A stretch of 64,000 nt of DNA from Burkholderiaceae bacterium (GCA_035429725.1 DAOMFI010000002.1:13324-77323), one strand, 5' to 3'; shown: positions 1-8,981, counted from the stretch's first letter. A program made the numbers and translations. Notes: generated from the sequence alone by a model not told the origin.

Positions 1-438
1 GGCGTGCGGCGGCTGGAGATCGGCACGCGCTGCGTCGGGCAGGCCCGTCGGGCGCTCGACATGCTGCTCGAGCAGGCGCGTGTGCGAAAGACCTTCGGAC
101 AGTTGCTGCAGGATCGGCAGGCGGTGCAGTGGTGGATCGCCGATTCCGCCGTCGACATCCACGCCACGCGGCTGATGGCCTGGCAGGCCGCGTGGCGCGC
201 CGACGGCGGCGAGACCGACTTGCGGCTGGAGTCCTCGATGATCAAGATCTTCGCCACCGAGATGGTCGGCCGCGTGGTCGACCGCGCGATGCAGGCCTAT
301 GGCGGCTACGGCATGAGCCGGGACCTGCCGCTCGAGTTCCTGTACCGCACCGTCCGCATGCACCGCATCTACGAGGGGCCGACCGAGATCCACCGCTGGC
401 AGGTGGCGAAGCACCTGCTGCGGGGCCGGGCGATCTGA
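1..438 (+). CDS. acyl-CoA dehydrogenase, C-terminal fragment (5' end lies outside the window)
   Basis: The ORF runs from the window edge. The C-terminal ACAD signature is present: AMQAYGGYGMSRDLPLEFLYR...IYEGPTEIHR. Confidence 0.85.
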   Translation, partial: GVRRLEIGTRCVGQARRALDMLLEQARVRKTFGQLLQDRQAVQWWIADSAVDIHATRLMAWQAAWRADGGETDLRLESSMIKIFATEMVGRVVDRAMQAYGGYGMSRDLPLEFLYRTVRMHRIYEGPTEIHRWQVAKHLLRGRAI

Positions 439-448
439 GGGGAGAACG

Positions 449-1222
449 ATGTCACTCGTCTACGAAAAGAACGGACCCGTGGCGGTCGTCCGGCTAAACC
501 GCCCTGATGCGTTGAACTCGATCGACCCGCCCACGCGCGATGCGCTGCGCGATGCCTGGATCGACATCGCGCGCGACGACGCGGTGCGGGTGGCGATCCT
601 GACCGGCACGGGCGACAAGGCGTTCTGCACGGGGACCGACCTCCGCGCCTCGCCATCGCCGACGGGAAGCTTCGCCGAGCAGATGCTGACGACCGGTAAG
701 CGCAACCTGACCGACGGGATGCAGATGCCCAAGCCCATCATCGCCGCGATCAACGGTTACGCGATGGGCGGGGGGCTGGAGCTCGCGCTGGCCTGCGACC
801 TGCGCATCGCGACCGACAATGCCTCGTTCGCGCTGTCGGAGGTGAAACTCGGCTCGCTCGCCGGCTCCGGCGGCACGCAACGGCTGATCCGCGCGATCCC
901 GCAGGCGGTCGCGATGAAGATGCTGCTGACGGGTGAGCGAATCGACGCGCGGGAGGCGCACCGCGTCGGGCTGGTCAGCGACGTCACGCCGCCCGACCAG
1001 CTGATGCCGCTCGCCCTGCAACTAGCCGAGCGCATCTGCGACAACGCGCCGTTGTCGGTGCGCGCGACGAAACTCGCGGCCCTGCGCGGGCGCGAGATGT
1101 CGATCGACGGCGGCCTCGCGCTGGAACAGTCGCTGTTCGGCCTGCTGCGCGACACCGAGGACCGCGCCGAGGGCCGCAAGGCTTTCGCCGAGAAACGCAA
1201 GCCGCGCTACAAGGGGCGCTGA
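449..1222 (+). CDS. enoyl-CoA hydratase/isomerase (crotonase family)
   Basis: 257 aa. Crotonase motifs LNRPDALNS, GTGDKAFCTGTDL, INGYAMGGGLELALACDLRIA and C-terminal FAEKRKPRYKG. It starts 11 nt after the upstream stop. Confidence 0.9.
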   Translation: MSLVYEKNGPVAVVRLNRPDALNSIDPPTRDALRDAWIDIARDDAVRVAILTGTGDKAFCTGTDLRASPSPTGSFAEQMLTTGKRNLTDGMQMPKPIIAAINGYAMGGGLELALACDLRIATDNASFALSEVKLGSLAGSGGTQRLIRAIPQAVAMKMLLTGERIDAREAHRVGLVSDVTPPDQLMPLALQLAERICDNAPLSVRATKLAALRGREMSIDGGLALEQSLFGLLRDTEDRAEGRKAFAEKRKPRYKGR

Positions 1223-1223
1223 C

Positions 1224-2369
1224 GTGCCGGACATGAAGGACAGGGCCGCCATCTGCGGCGTGGGCGCCTCCCGCCAGGGGCGCGTCGACGGCTCGACCCC
1301 GATCAGCCTGGCGGTCGAGGCGTTCCGGAAGGCGCTCGACGACTCCGGGCTCGCGAAGTCGGACATCGACGGACTGCTCACGATGCCGGGCACGACCTCG
1401 GCCGAGGGCGCGCGGCATTACCTGCACCTGGGCGAGGTCCTGGGCATCAACCCGCGCTACACGGGCTCGAAGTTCCTCGGTGGCGGCACGGCGGGCGTGC
1501 TGGTGCAGGAAGCGGCGCTCGCGGTCGCCGCCGGCATGGCGAACTACGTGGCGTGCGTCTTCGGCGACGCCGCCAAGACAGGCAAATCGCGCTTCGCCGG
1601 TTCTTACGGCTGGGGCGATTCGTGGGGCATCTGGGGGATGTTCTCGGCGGCGGCCAACTCGGCGGTCTCGGCCAGCCGGCACATGGCGCTCTACGGAACC
1701 ACCTCGCGTCACCTCGCCGAAGTCGCCGTCGCCTGCCGCCATCACGCGTCGCTGAACCCCGAGGCAGTGATGCGCGAGCCGATTACGATCGACGATCACC
1801 AGACGTCGCGCTGGATCGTCGAGCCGCTGCGCCTGCTCGACTGCTGCCTGATCAGCGACGGCGGCGTCTGCATCATCGTCACCACCGCCGAGCGCGCGCG
1901 CGACCTCGCGCAGCCCGCGGTGCCGATCATGGGGATGGGCCAGGCGCACACCATGCAGATGCTGGAGCATCCGGAATGGTGGTACGTGCCGCACCAGAAG
2001 GACGCCGTGGAGGCCGCCTTCCGGATGGCGGGCGTTGGACCGCGCGACATCGACGTCGCGCAACTCTACGATAACTTCACGATGTCGGTGCTGCTGTGGC
2101 TGGAGCACGCGGGCTTCTGCGAGCGGGGCGAGGCCGGTCCCTTCGTCGAAGGGGGGCGCATCCGCCTCGGGGGCGAACTGCCGGTCAACACGGCGGGTGG
2201 CAACCTGTCCGAGTCGTACATGGAAGGCTGGCTGCACATCGTCGAGGGCGTCCGGCAGATGCGCGGCGCCTGCGGGCCGAGGCAGGTGCCGGACGCCGAA
2301 CTGTGCCTGGTCACCGGACGCGGGATGACGCTGAACTGCAGCAACTCGCTCGTCCTGCGCAAGGACTAA
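1224..2369 (+). CDS. thiolase-like protein (SCP-x / lipid-transfer type, non-condensing thiolase family)
   Basis: 381 aa. N-terminus AICGVGASRQG and C-terminus VNTAGGNLSESYMEGW are typical of SCP-x-type thiolases. It is paired with a downstream DUF35 gene. Confidence 0.85.
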   Translation: MPDMKDRAAICGVGASRQGRVDGSTPISLAVEAFRKALDDSGLAKSDIDGLLTMPGTTSAEGARHYLHLGEVLGINPRYTGSKFLGGGTAGVLVQEAALAVAAGMANYVACVFGDAAKTGKSRFAGSYGWGDSWGIWGMFSAAANSAVSASRHMALYGTTSRHLAEVAVACRHHASLNPEAVMREPITIDDHQTSRWIVEPLRLLDCCLISDGGVCIIVTTAERARDLAQPAVPIMGMGQAHTMQMLEHPEWWYVPHQKDAVEAAFRMAGVGPRDIDVAQLYDNFTMSVLLWLEHAGFCERGEAGPFVEGGRIRLGGELPVNTAGGNLSESYMEGWLHIVEGVRQMRGACGPRQVPDAELCLVTGRGMTLNCSNSLVLRKD

Positions 2370-2382
2370 ACGGAACGACGCG

Positions 2383-2790
2383 ATGGTTGACTACCAGAAG
2401 CCGCTGCCGGAACTGACGGCCGAGAACCGTCCCTTCTGGGACGCGTGCCGCGAAGGACGCCTGGCTATGCAGCGCTGCGGAGCCTGCGGCCACGTCCGCT
2501 ATCCGGTGTCGGCGCTCTGTCCCCGGTGCCTCTCCGAGCAGGCGCAATGGATCGACCTGAGCGGGGCGGGGCAGGTGATGGCGCGGCTCGTGTTCCATCA
2601 GGTCTATCACAAGGCCTTCGCGAACGACGTTCCCTACAACGTCGTGCTGGTACAGCTCGACGAAGGGCCGCGGATGTTCTCGAACGTCGTCGGCGTACCG
2701 AACGAGCGCGTGCAGGTCGGCATGCGCGTCCGGGTGACTTTCGACGCAGTGACGCCCGAGATCACGATTCCGCGGTTCCGGCCGGCGTGA
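2383..2790 (+). CDS. DUF35 OB-fold / zinc-ribbon acyl-CoA-associated protein
   Basis: 135 aa. Rubredoxin-like CGACGHVRYPVSALCPRC followed by an OB-fold region. This is the classical partner of SCP-x-type thiolases. Confidence 0.85.
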   Translation: MVDYQKPLPELTAENRPFWDACREGRLAMQRCGACGHVRYPVSALCPRCLSEQAQWIDLSGAGQVMARLVFHQVYHKAFANDVPYNVVLVQLDEGPRMFSNVVGVPNERVQVGMRVRVTFDAVTPEITIPRFRPA

Positions 2791-2950
2791 CTCCGCGCCG
2801 GGAGCCGAGCGCGAGCGCGTGTTCCACATTCCGGCCGCGCCGATCCTCGACCATCGGAGCTCGCCGACCGGTGGCCGATGCCGCTTGTGTCGAGGCGCAC
2901 GCTGCGCAATGCTCCCAGTGGGGGCACGATGAACAACACAGGAGACAGCC

Positions 2951-3098
2951 ATGAACGTTGATCTCGCGCGACGGGCGCTGCTGGCCGCCGCTGGCCGTCG
3001 GCGCGCAGGCCAGCTACCCGAACAAGCCGATCCGCCTGCTCGTCGGCGTGCCGCCGGGCGGAACCACCGATCTCGTGGCGCGGCTCGTCGGCGACTAG
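2951..3098 (+). pseudogene. Bug/TctC-family periplasmic receptor, N-terminal fragment (frameshifted and interrupted)
   Basis: GGAGA RBS plus ATG. The signal peptide MNVDLARRALLAAA is in frame 2, then AQASYPNKPIRLLVGVPPGGTTDLVARLVGD continues in frame 3 (frameshift near 2990-2996) and ends at TAG 3096-3098. The coding sequence resumes at 11718. Confidence 0.75.
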
Positions 3099-3205
3099 CC
3101 TCGCAGCGCCCAGCGCCCCATCCCAGCCAGTTCATCCAGATCCCCTTCGAGCCACCTCAGCTCTCGGCGCTCGCCGTCGAGCGCAGCGCAGCATCAAGCC
3201 AGGCA

Positions 3206-3478
3206 CTGGAGCCTAGCAATGATGCCATCAAGGAAATTCGGAAGTACCTGCAAAGAAACCCGAAACGCGAATCTTCGAGAACGCTGGCACGCCTGGCGGC
3301 GGCCCTCGCGGAGGAAAACGAGTTTCCGCTCGCGGGACTCTATCGCCTCGATTACGACGCGTTCGAACTCGCGATGCAGCTGATGCAGGACTGGCGGCTC
3401 GATCGCTATTACGCAGCGCGGATCAAGCTCTTCGACGTCGTGCTGAACGACGTTCTGCCGGACCTCAAGGATCAGTGA
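3206..3478 (+). CDS. start-less C-terminal ORF fragment of a small hypothetical protein
   Basis: Open frame ...NDAIKEIRKYLQRNPKRESSRTLARLAAALAEENEFPLAGLYRLDYDAFELAMQLMQDWRLDRYY... It has no in-frame ATG or GTG near its N-terminus (only CTG at 3206) and lies at the left edge of the inserted segment. Confidence 0.3.
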   Translation: MEPSNDAIKEIRKYLQRNPKRESSRTLARLAAALAEENEFPLAGLYRLDYDAFELAMQLMQDWRLDRYYAARIKLFDVVLNDVLPDLKDQ

Positions 3479-3480
3479 GA

Positions 3481-3867
3481 TCAGTGCGGCTTGCTCGCGG
3501 CGCTGGCGGTGGCCCGGCGCCGCGAAGCCCGGCGTTTCGGCGCTGCGCGCGGCTGAACCGCTTCGGGTACCGACTCCGACTTCGCACTGGTTGCCGCGGC
3601 AGCCGCGACGGATGCGGTGGCGAAGGCCTGCGCGTCGATATCCTGGCGTGCATCCTCGCGGACCTCGGCCCAGAGGTCGGTCAGTTCCTCGCGCGACTCG
3701 GCGAGCGCTCCGGCGACGCGTTCGACACCGCCTGCCACCGCGCGCGCCACGCGCCGAAGCACCTGCGGGTCGCGCGCGACGACGAACCCGGCAGCGAACC
3801 CGAGCGCGCCGACCGCAGCAATGCCGAGCACGACGGCTCCGGGTTTCAACAGGTCACTTGCATTCAT
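3481..3867 (-). CDS. small single-pass membrane protein, DUF1490-like (tentative)
   Basis: 128 aa. It has an N-terminal TM helix (GAVVLGIAAVGALGFAAGFVV), an Ala/Arg/Glu-rich helical region and a basic tail. Its ATG abuts the stop of the upstream gene (TGAATG at 3865-3870). The architecture resembles the DUF1490 proteins found next to P-type ATPases in mycobacteria. Confidence 0.6.
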   Translation of the reverse strand: MNASDLLKPGAVVLGIAAVGALGFAAGFVVARDPQVLRRVARAVAGGVERVAGALAESREELTDLWAEVREDARQDIDAQAFATASVAAAAATSAKSESVPEAVQPRAAPKRRASRRRATASAASKPH

Positions 3868-5910
3868 TCAGTACTCCTCGTCAGACATTTGGGTTTCGGG
3901 TTCACGCTGCGCCCGCCGGCGCGAACGTGCGAATGAGCGCACATTCACGTCGACACGCGCCAGCCGGGCGCTTTCCTCGAGCAGGATGAACGCCAGCCCG
4001 TGCTTGATCGACGCGATCGCGATCGGCGGCAGCCAGCGCATCGCCGCAGCGATCATCAGGCCGGCATTCAGCGTGACCGAGCGGCCGAACTGGCGGCGCA
4101 GCGCGCGCCGGACTGCGACCGCAGCCTGCCGCGCCGCCAACAGGGAAGGCAGCGGTTCGCCGAGCAGCACGCCGTGCGCGCCCGCTTCGGCATCGACCGG
4201 ACACAGGCTGAGCCCGCCCGGCGGAAGAAGGTCGCGCAGACCCGTGTGCACCAGTGCGACACGCTCGCCCCGTTCGACGGCGCTGTCGAGCCAGCGTTCC
4301 TGCGTCTGACGGTCCTGACTGACGACGACATCGGCGCCGATCTGAGTCAGCGCCAGAGCCGGTTGTGCAGTCGGATCTTCGGTGAATACCGCGATGCGGC
4401 GTACCCCGAGCGCTCGCAACTCGGCCAGCTGCGCTGACACTTCGGGACGCAGGCGGCAACTGAGATGGACGGTCGCCAGCAGCCGGCCATCTTCGACGAT
4501 GCCGAGTCGCCGCACCAGGCTGCGTCGATCCGGTTCGGGCAGCGGCAGGCCCCAGGTCTGCGCGACCAATACGGCGCCGCCGATATGCACGACCCGCCCA
4601 TCGGTCCGCAGCAGTGCACCGTGCTCGCGCCACGCCGCAACCTGTTCGTCCGGGACCCCGGCCCTCACCAACTTGCCGTCGGCGTGTCCGGCCAGCAGCG
4701 AAAGCCAGCGCCGCACGTCGCGTTCACCGACTTCGTCGGCCTGCGGAATCACGCGCTCGACGAACCAGTAGGGTTCGGCAAGCACCCCGACATCCTCGAA
4801 CGCGAAGGTCGTCGCGGTCGCCAGTCGATCGAGACTCTCGAGACCGCTCAGCAGCGCGCCATGGCGCGCGGTCGCGTACAACGCAGCCTCCCGCGCGACC
4901 GGCTGCGCGAGCGAGATCCCGGTCTGCGGATCAGCCTGCAGCATCGCGGCCGTGCGAGCGGTATCGCCGGTCAGCGCAAGCACCAGCCCGGCGGCGGTCA
5001 TCGGCAGCGCGACGAGCCGTTCGAGATCCGGGGTCAGCGGACCCGGCGCATCACGCGTGCGCAGCACATGACGCACATGGTCGTGCAGCCGCTCGCTGCG
5101 CGAGTGCTTCGGCGGCCGTTCGATCCGGAGCAACACACTGCCGACGAGAACGCGCGTCCCCGACGTCAGCCGCGCGCCGCGCTGCACGTGGCGGGTTGCC
5201 GCTTCGTCGAGCAGCGGCGCCGTGGTCTCCGCCTCGCCGTCGACGACGATGCCGTCGGCCGGAACGGTGGCACCGCTGCCCAGCCAGGCATGATCACCCG
5301 CCTGCAGGTCGCCCAAGCCCGCGGCCAGCGGCCGGCCCCCGCGCTGGATTTCGTAGCTTCGGCCCGCGCCCGGCGCGAGATGAGCGAGCAGCTGATCGGT
5401 TTCGCGCAGCATCGCGTTGCGCCGCCGCTCGGCGACTGCGCCCATCAGCACCGACGTGGTCGCGGTCAGCGGGTGGCCGGTCAACGCGGTGGCCGCCAAT
5501 GCGACGGAGTCGAGCGCGATCGCCGTGATATCGGCGCCCTTCGTCCAGGCGGTGAACGACTTGCCGGCCAGCAGCGTCAGCGCCAGAGCGGAGCGCGCCG
5601 GCAGCGGCAACAACGGTGCCAGCGACGCCGCGAGCAGCGATGCCTCGAGCGGCAACGTCTCGTCGCGTCGGCGCGGCAGTTCGACGCCTGCACGCTGTGC
5701 CAGCGTCGATGTCAGTTCGATGATTGCGCGTCGCGTCGCAATCCGGCCGTCGTAGTTCAGCGTCAACGAGCGCGCCGGTGCCGAAACCCGCACCGATCTC
5801 ACTCCGCGCAGCATTTCGAGCGCAACGCGCGCCTGCGAGGCGTCATTGCCCGGCGCCAGGCGCAAGCGGATGCGCGTCGCGGTTTCGTGCACGACTTGCG
5901 CGCCGAGCAT
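3868..5910 (-). CDS. P1B-like P-type ATPase paralog with degenerate catalytic motifs (probable pseudo-ATPase)
   Basis: 680 aa from ATG 5910-5908, which lies 2 nt after the upstream stop. It aligns to the heavy-metal ATPase scaffold, but LTGES->LDEAA (5197-5211), CPC->DPQ (4924-4932), FDKTGT->FEDVGV (4780-4809), TGD->TED and GDGxND->HTGLRD. It carries an N-terminal Cys-less HMA-like domain. Confidence 0.8.
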   Translation of the reverse strand: MLGAQVVHETATRIRLRLAPGNDASQARVALEMLRGVRSVRVSAPARSLTLNYDGRIATRRAIIELTSTLAQRAGVELPRRRDETLPLEASLLAASLAPLLPLPARSALALTLLAGKSFTAWTKGADITAIALDSVALAATALTGHPLTATTSVLMGAVAERRRNAMLRETDQLLAHLAPGAGRSYEIQRGGRPLAAGLGDLQAGDHAWLGSGATVPADGIVVDGEAETTAPLLDEAATRHVQRGARLTSGTRVLVGSVLLRIERPPKHSRSERLHDHVRHVLRTRDAPGPLTPDLERLVALPMTAAGLVLALTGDTARTAAMLQADPQTGISLAQPVAREAALYATARHGALLSGLESLDRLATATTFAFEDVGVLAEPYWFVERVIPQADEVGERDVRRWLSLLAGHADGKLVRAGVPDEQVAAWREHGALLRTDGRVVHIGGAVLVAQTWGLPLPEPDRRSLVRRLGIVEDGRLLATVHLSCRLRPEVSAQLAELRALGVRRIAVFTEDPTAQPALALTQIGADVVVSQDRQTQERWLDSAVERGERVALVHTGLRDLLPPGGLSLCPVDAEAGAHGVLLGEPLPSLLAARQAAVAVRRALRRQFGRSVTLNAGLMIAAAMRWLPPIAIASIKHGLAFILLEESARLARVDVNVRSFARSRRRAQREPETQMSDEEY

Positions 5911-5912
5911 CG

Positions 5913-8900
5913 TCACGCCTGCGGATCCTGGGAGGCCGGCTTGGCGGCGCGCCACCGCAGCCGCTTCAGCGTCTCGCGCGCCAGCGTCGGCGAAGCGGCG
6001 CAGGCCGCGATGACCGCGGCGTCGACCACGCCGATCGGCGCCGTGCGCAGCAGCGAACGCAGTGGAGGGAACAGCACCGTAGCCGCCTGCGCACCGAGTG
6101 AAACGATGACGGTGCCCGTAAGCCACGGATTGCGCCGAAGCCGGCCGCGGCCGAAGAGCTTGAGCGGCGCCTCCGAACGCGCCGACAGTGCGTACAGCAA
6201 CTGCGAGCTGGTCAGTGTCATGAACGCGATCGTCCGGGCGCGCGGCGTCGGGCCGTAACGTGCGAGCCCGTACAGGAACGCCGCCATCGCGGCCGCGGTC
6301 ATCATGCCGCCATCGGTCGCGACCGTTTTCCAGTCGCGTGCGGTGAGCAGGCTCGACGTGCGCGGAAACGGTGGCCGCTCCAGGACGTCGGGCTCGGGCG
6401 GTTCGAGTCCGAGCGCGATCGCCGGCGAAACGTCGGTGATCAGGTTCGTCCACAGCAGTGCGAGCGGATCGAGCGGATCCGGCAGTCCGGCCACGACCGC
6501 GAGCCCCATCAGGCCCAGCTCGCTGACGTTCGTCGACACCAGGTACCGCACCGCCTTCTTCACGTTCAGGTAGGAAGTGCGACCCTCGGCGATCGCCGCC
6601 AGCAGGCCGTCCGGGTGGTCGTCCTGCAGCACGAGGTGGCTCATCGCCTGCGCGAAGTCGGTGCCGCTCGCGCCCATCGCAACTCCGACGTCCGCGGTCT
6701 TCAGTGCCGGGCCGTCATTGACGCCGTCGCCGGTCATCGCGACGACATGCCCCTTCGATTGCAGCGCGCGGATGATCTGAAGCTTCATCGCCGGGCTGCT
6801 GCGCGCAAAGCCGGTGGAGTGCTCGACCGCGTCGACCAGCTGCCGCGAATCTTCCGGCAGCGCACCGGCGTCGGCGACATGCTGCTCGCCGTTCAGGCCG
6901 ATCTCGCGCGCGACCGCCTGCGCGGTCCCGAGCTGGTCGCCGGTCAGCATCACCGTGCGGATTCCGGCCGCACGGAAGCGCGCGATCGACTTCGCGATTC
7001 CCGGCCGCAGCGGGTCCGAGAGACCGACCAGGCCCAGCCAGATCATCTCCCCGGTCGTTCCGAGCCTGCGCCCCTTCTGGCGCTTGATCGCGAGCGCGAG
7101 CACACGCTGGCCGAGCGCCGCGAGCGCGTCGTTTTCCTTCAACAGGCGCTTGCGCTGCGGCGCCGTCAGTGCGACGACGCGCCTGCCGTCGAACCATGTC
7201 CGGCAGCGCTCCAGCACCTCGGTCGGGCGCCCCTTCATCGCGACGATCGATTCGCCGCCCGTGGTACGCGTGGCCGCATGCAGCGTCACCATGTAAGGGT
7301 GATGCTCCGAGCGCTGCTTGATCTCGAGCCGCGGATGGCGCGCGCGCAGCGCCGGAACGTCGGCGCCGTGCGCAGCGGCCATCTCGATCAGCGCGATCTC
7401 GGTCGATGAACCCTGCCACCCGCCGCCGTTGGCCTCTTCGACATCGTTGCAGAGCGCGCAGACGCGCATCCATTCGTCGGGCAGCTCGAGTTGGTCGTCG
7501 CGGTTCTCCGAAAAATCAAAGCGGCACGTGCCCAACACGGCCGACGCGACGCTCATCCGGTTCTGCGTCAGCGTCCCGGTCTTGTCGAATCCGACGACGT
7601 CGACCGCGCCGAGGTTCTCGATCGCGTCGAGGCGTCGTGCATACACGTTGCGCTTCTGCAGCGTGCGGATGCCCGCGGCGAGCAGGCTGGTCGCGACGGT
7701 CGGCAGTCCTTCGGGAATGGCGGCCACGCCGAGCGAGACCGCGGTGCGCAGCAGCGGCAACGCCGGGCGGCCGCGCAGCAGACCGACCGCGAACAGGCCG
7801 ATGCACAGTCCCGACGCACCAATCGCCAGCCGCTTGCCGAGGCCGTCGAGCTCCTCCTGCATGCGAGTGTGGGGTGCTTCCGCAGTCTGCGCGAGCGCGC
7901 GAATGCTGCCGAGCGCGGTGCGCTCCGCGGTCGCGACGACCAGCGCGCGGCCGGTGCCGCCGGAGATCACGGTCCCCATGTGCAGCATGTTGCGGCGTTC
8001 GCCGAGTGGCGTCGCCAGCGGCAGGCTGTCGATCGACTCCTTGCGCACCGGCAGGCTCTCGCCGGTCAGCGGCGCCTCGTTGGCCGACAGCCGATGCGAC
8101 TCGATCACTCTTCCGTCGGCCGGAATCTGATCGCCAGGGGAAAGTACGAGCACGTCGCCGACGACGATTTCGCGCGCCGGCACCGAAACCTCCGCGCCGT
8201 CGCGCAGCACGGTGGCCGAACGCGGTGCCAGTTTGCGCAACGCGGACACCGTCTGCTCGGCGCGCCGCTCGGTCACGTAGCCGATCGCGCCGTTGGCCGC
8301 CAGCACGGTTCCGATCGCGGCGGCGTCGCCGAACGCACGCGTCGCCAGCGCGAGCGCGCCCGAGCCGGCGAGCAGCGCCACCGGCACCGAGTTGAACTGA
8401 TCGGTGAGGATCTCGATGTCCGAGCGCGCAGTGATGTCCCGGATTTCGTTCGGACCATGCTCAAGCAGGCGGCGGGCGGCCTCAGCCACCCCGAGACCCT
8501 CGAGATCCGCGTGCATCTCGGTCAGCAGAGCCTTCAGGCTGCTGTGATGGTGGCGCGTACTGAAATCGGTGCGCCGCGCCTTTTGCGTCTCGGCCGGCGG
8601 TGCGGCCGCCTTGCGTGGTTCGATCGAGCGGCCGGAGTGCGCCGGCGCGTCGATGTCCGGCGCGCGCTTGATCGCGCGCCGCGCGGCTCGCGGTCGACGC
8701 GGCTCCGAGCGCAGGCCATAGTCGCCTAACGCCCGTTCGAGAGCTTCTGCCCACGGCGGAGGATCGCTGTTGCGTGCGCGCCGGTCATCGACGCGCACGA
8801 TTCCGCTGTCAGCGCTCGCGAGCAGTCGCGCGCCGGGCGGCACCTCGCCCGCGTTCTGCAGCCAGTCCGCCAGCGCGGGATTTCCACGCAGGCCGCGCAC

Positions 8901-8981
8901 GCGAAAGCGCGGGCCAAGCGGTCCGGGCGCCAGTCGCAAAACGGCGGGCGGCGGCGAGGGAGGGGCTACGTCGCGCGGCAT
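5913..8981 (-). CDS. cation-transporting P-type ATPase (P2-like), catalytically intact
   Basis: 1022 aa. TGES (8055-8066), IPEGLP, DKTGT (7572-7586), KGRPTEVL, MLTGDQ and GDGVND (6714-6731) are all present. A Cation_ATPase_N-like GVAEAARRLLEHGPNEI follows a ~150 aa N-terminal extension. There is no obvious SD, so the start is uncertain. Confidence 0.9.
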   Translation of the reverse strand: MPRDVAPPSPPPAVLRLAPGPLGPRFRVRGLRGNPALADWLQNAGEVPPGARLLASADSGIVRVDDRRARNSDPPPWAEALERALGDYGLRSEPRRPRAARRAIKRAPDIDAPAHSGRSIEPRKAAAPPAETQKARRTDFSTRHHHSSLKALLTEMHADLEGLGVAEAARRLLEHGPNEIRDITARSDIEILTDQFNSVPVALLAGSGALALATRAFGDAAAIGTVLAANGAIGYVTERRAEQTVSALRKLAPRSATVLRDGAEVSVPAREIVVGDVLVLSPGDQIPADGRVIESHRLSANEAPLTGESLPVRKESIDSLPLATPLGERRNMLHMGTVISGGTGRALVVATAERTALGSIRALAQTAEAPHTRMQEELDGLGKRLAIGASGLCIGLFAVGLLRGRPALPLLRTAVSLGVAAIPEGLPTVATSLLAAGIRTLQKRNVYARRLDAIENLGAVDVVGFDKTGTLTQNRMSVASAVLGTCRFDFSENRDDQLELPDEWMRVCALCNDVEEANGGGWQGSSTEIALIEMAAAHGADVPALRARHPRLEIKQRSEHHPYMVTLHAATRTTGGESIVAMKGRPTEVLERCRTWFDGRRVVALTAPQRKRLLKENDALAALGQRVLALAIKRQKGRRLGTTGEMIWLGLVGLSDPLRPGIAKSIARFRAAGIRTVMLTGDQLGTAQAVAREIGLNGEQHVADAGALPEDSRQLVDAVEHSTGFARSSPAMKLQIIRALQSKGHVVAMTGDGVNDGPALKTADVGVAMGASGTDFAQAMSHLVLQDDHPDGLLAAIAEGRTSYLNVKKAVRYLVSTNVSELGLMGLAVVAGLPDPLDPLALLWTNLITDVSPAIALGLEPPEPDVLERPPFPRTSSLLTARDWKTVATDGGMMTAAAMAAFLYGLARYGPTPRARTIAFMTLTSSQLLYALSARSEAPLKLFGRGRLRRNPWLTGTVIVSLGAQAATVLFPPLRSLLRTAPIGVVDAAVIAACAASPTLARETLKRLRWRAAKPASQDPQA

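Noticed and set aside
2951-3478. Single 175-aa ORF
   Set aside because: It is chimeric. It is the out-of-frame continuation of the Bug signal peptide read through the insertion junction into an unrelated start-less ORF, not a real protein.
3868-5910. Annotating the second ATPase as an ordinary Cu/Zn/Cd-exporting P1B ATPase
   Set aside because: It lacks the CPC-type TM6 motif, the DKTGT phosphorylation site, TGES, GDGxND and any CxxC in its HMA-like domain, so a catalytic pump function is not supportable.
4465-6258. 597-aa ORF on the plus strand
   Set aside because: It is antisense to the two P-type ATPase genes and is a compositional artefact.
5911-6453. 181-codon N-terminal extension of the second ATPase ORF (track call 3868-6453)
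   Set aside because: The extension overlaps the 3' end of the upstream ATPase in another frame and is Arg-rich nonsense. The ATG at 5910, 2 nt after the upstream stop, begins the recognisable HMA-like domain.
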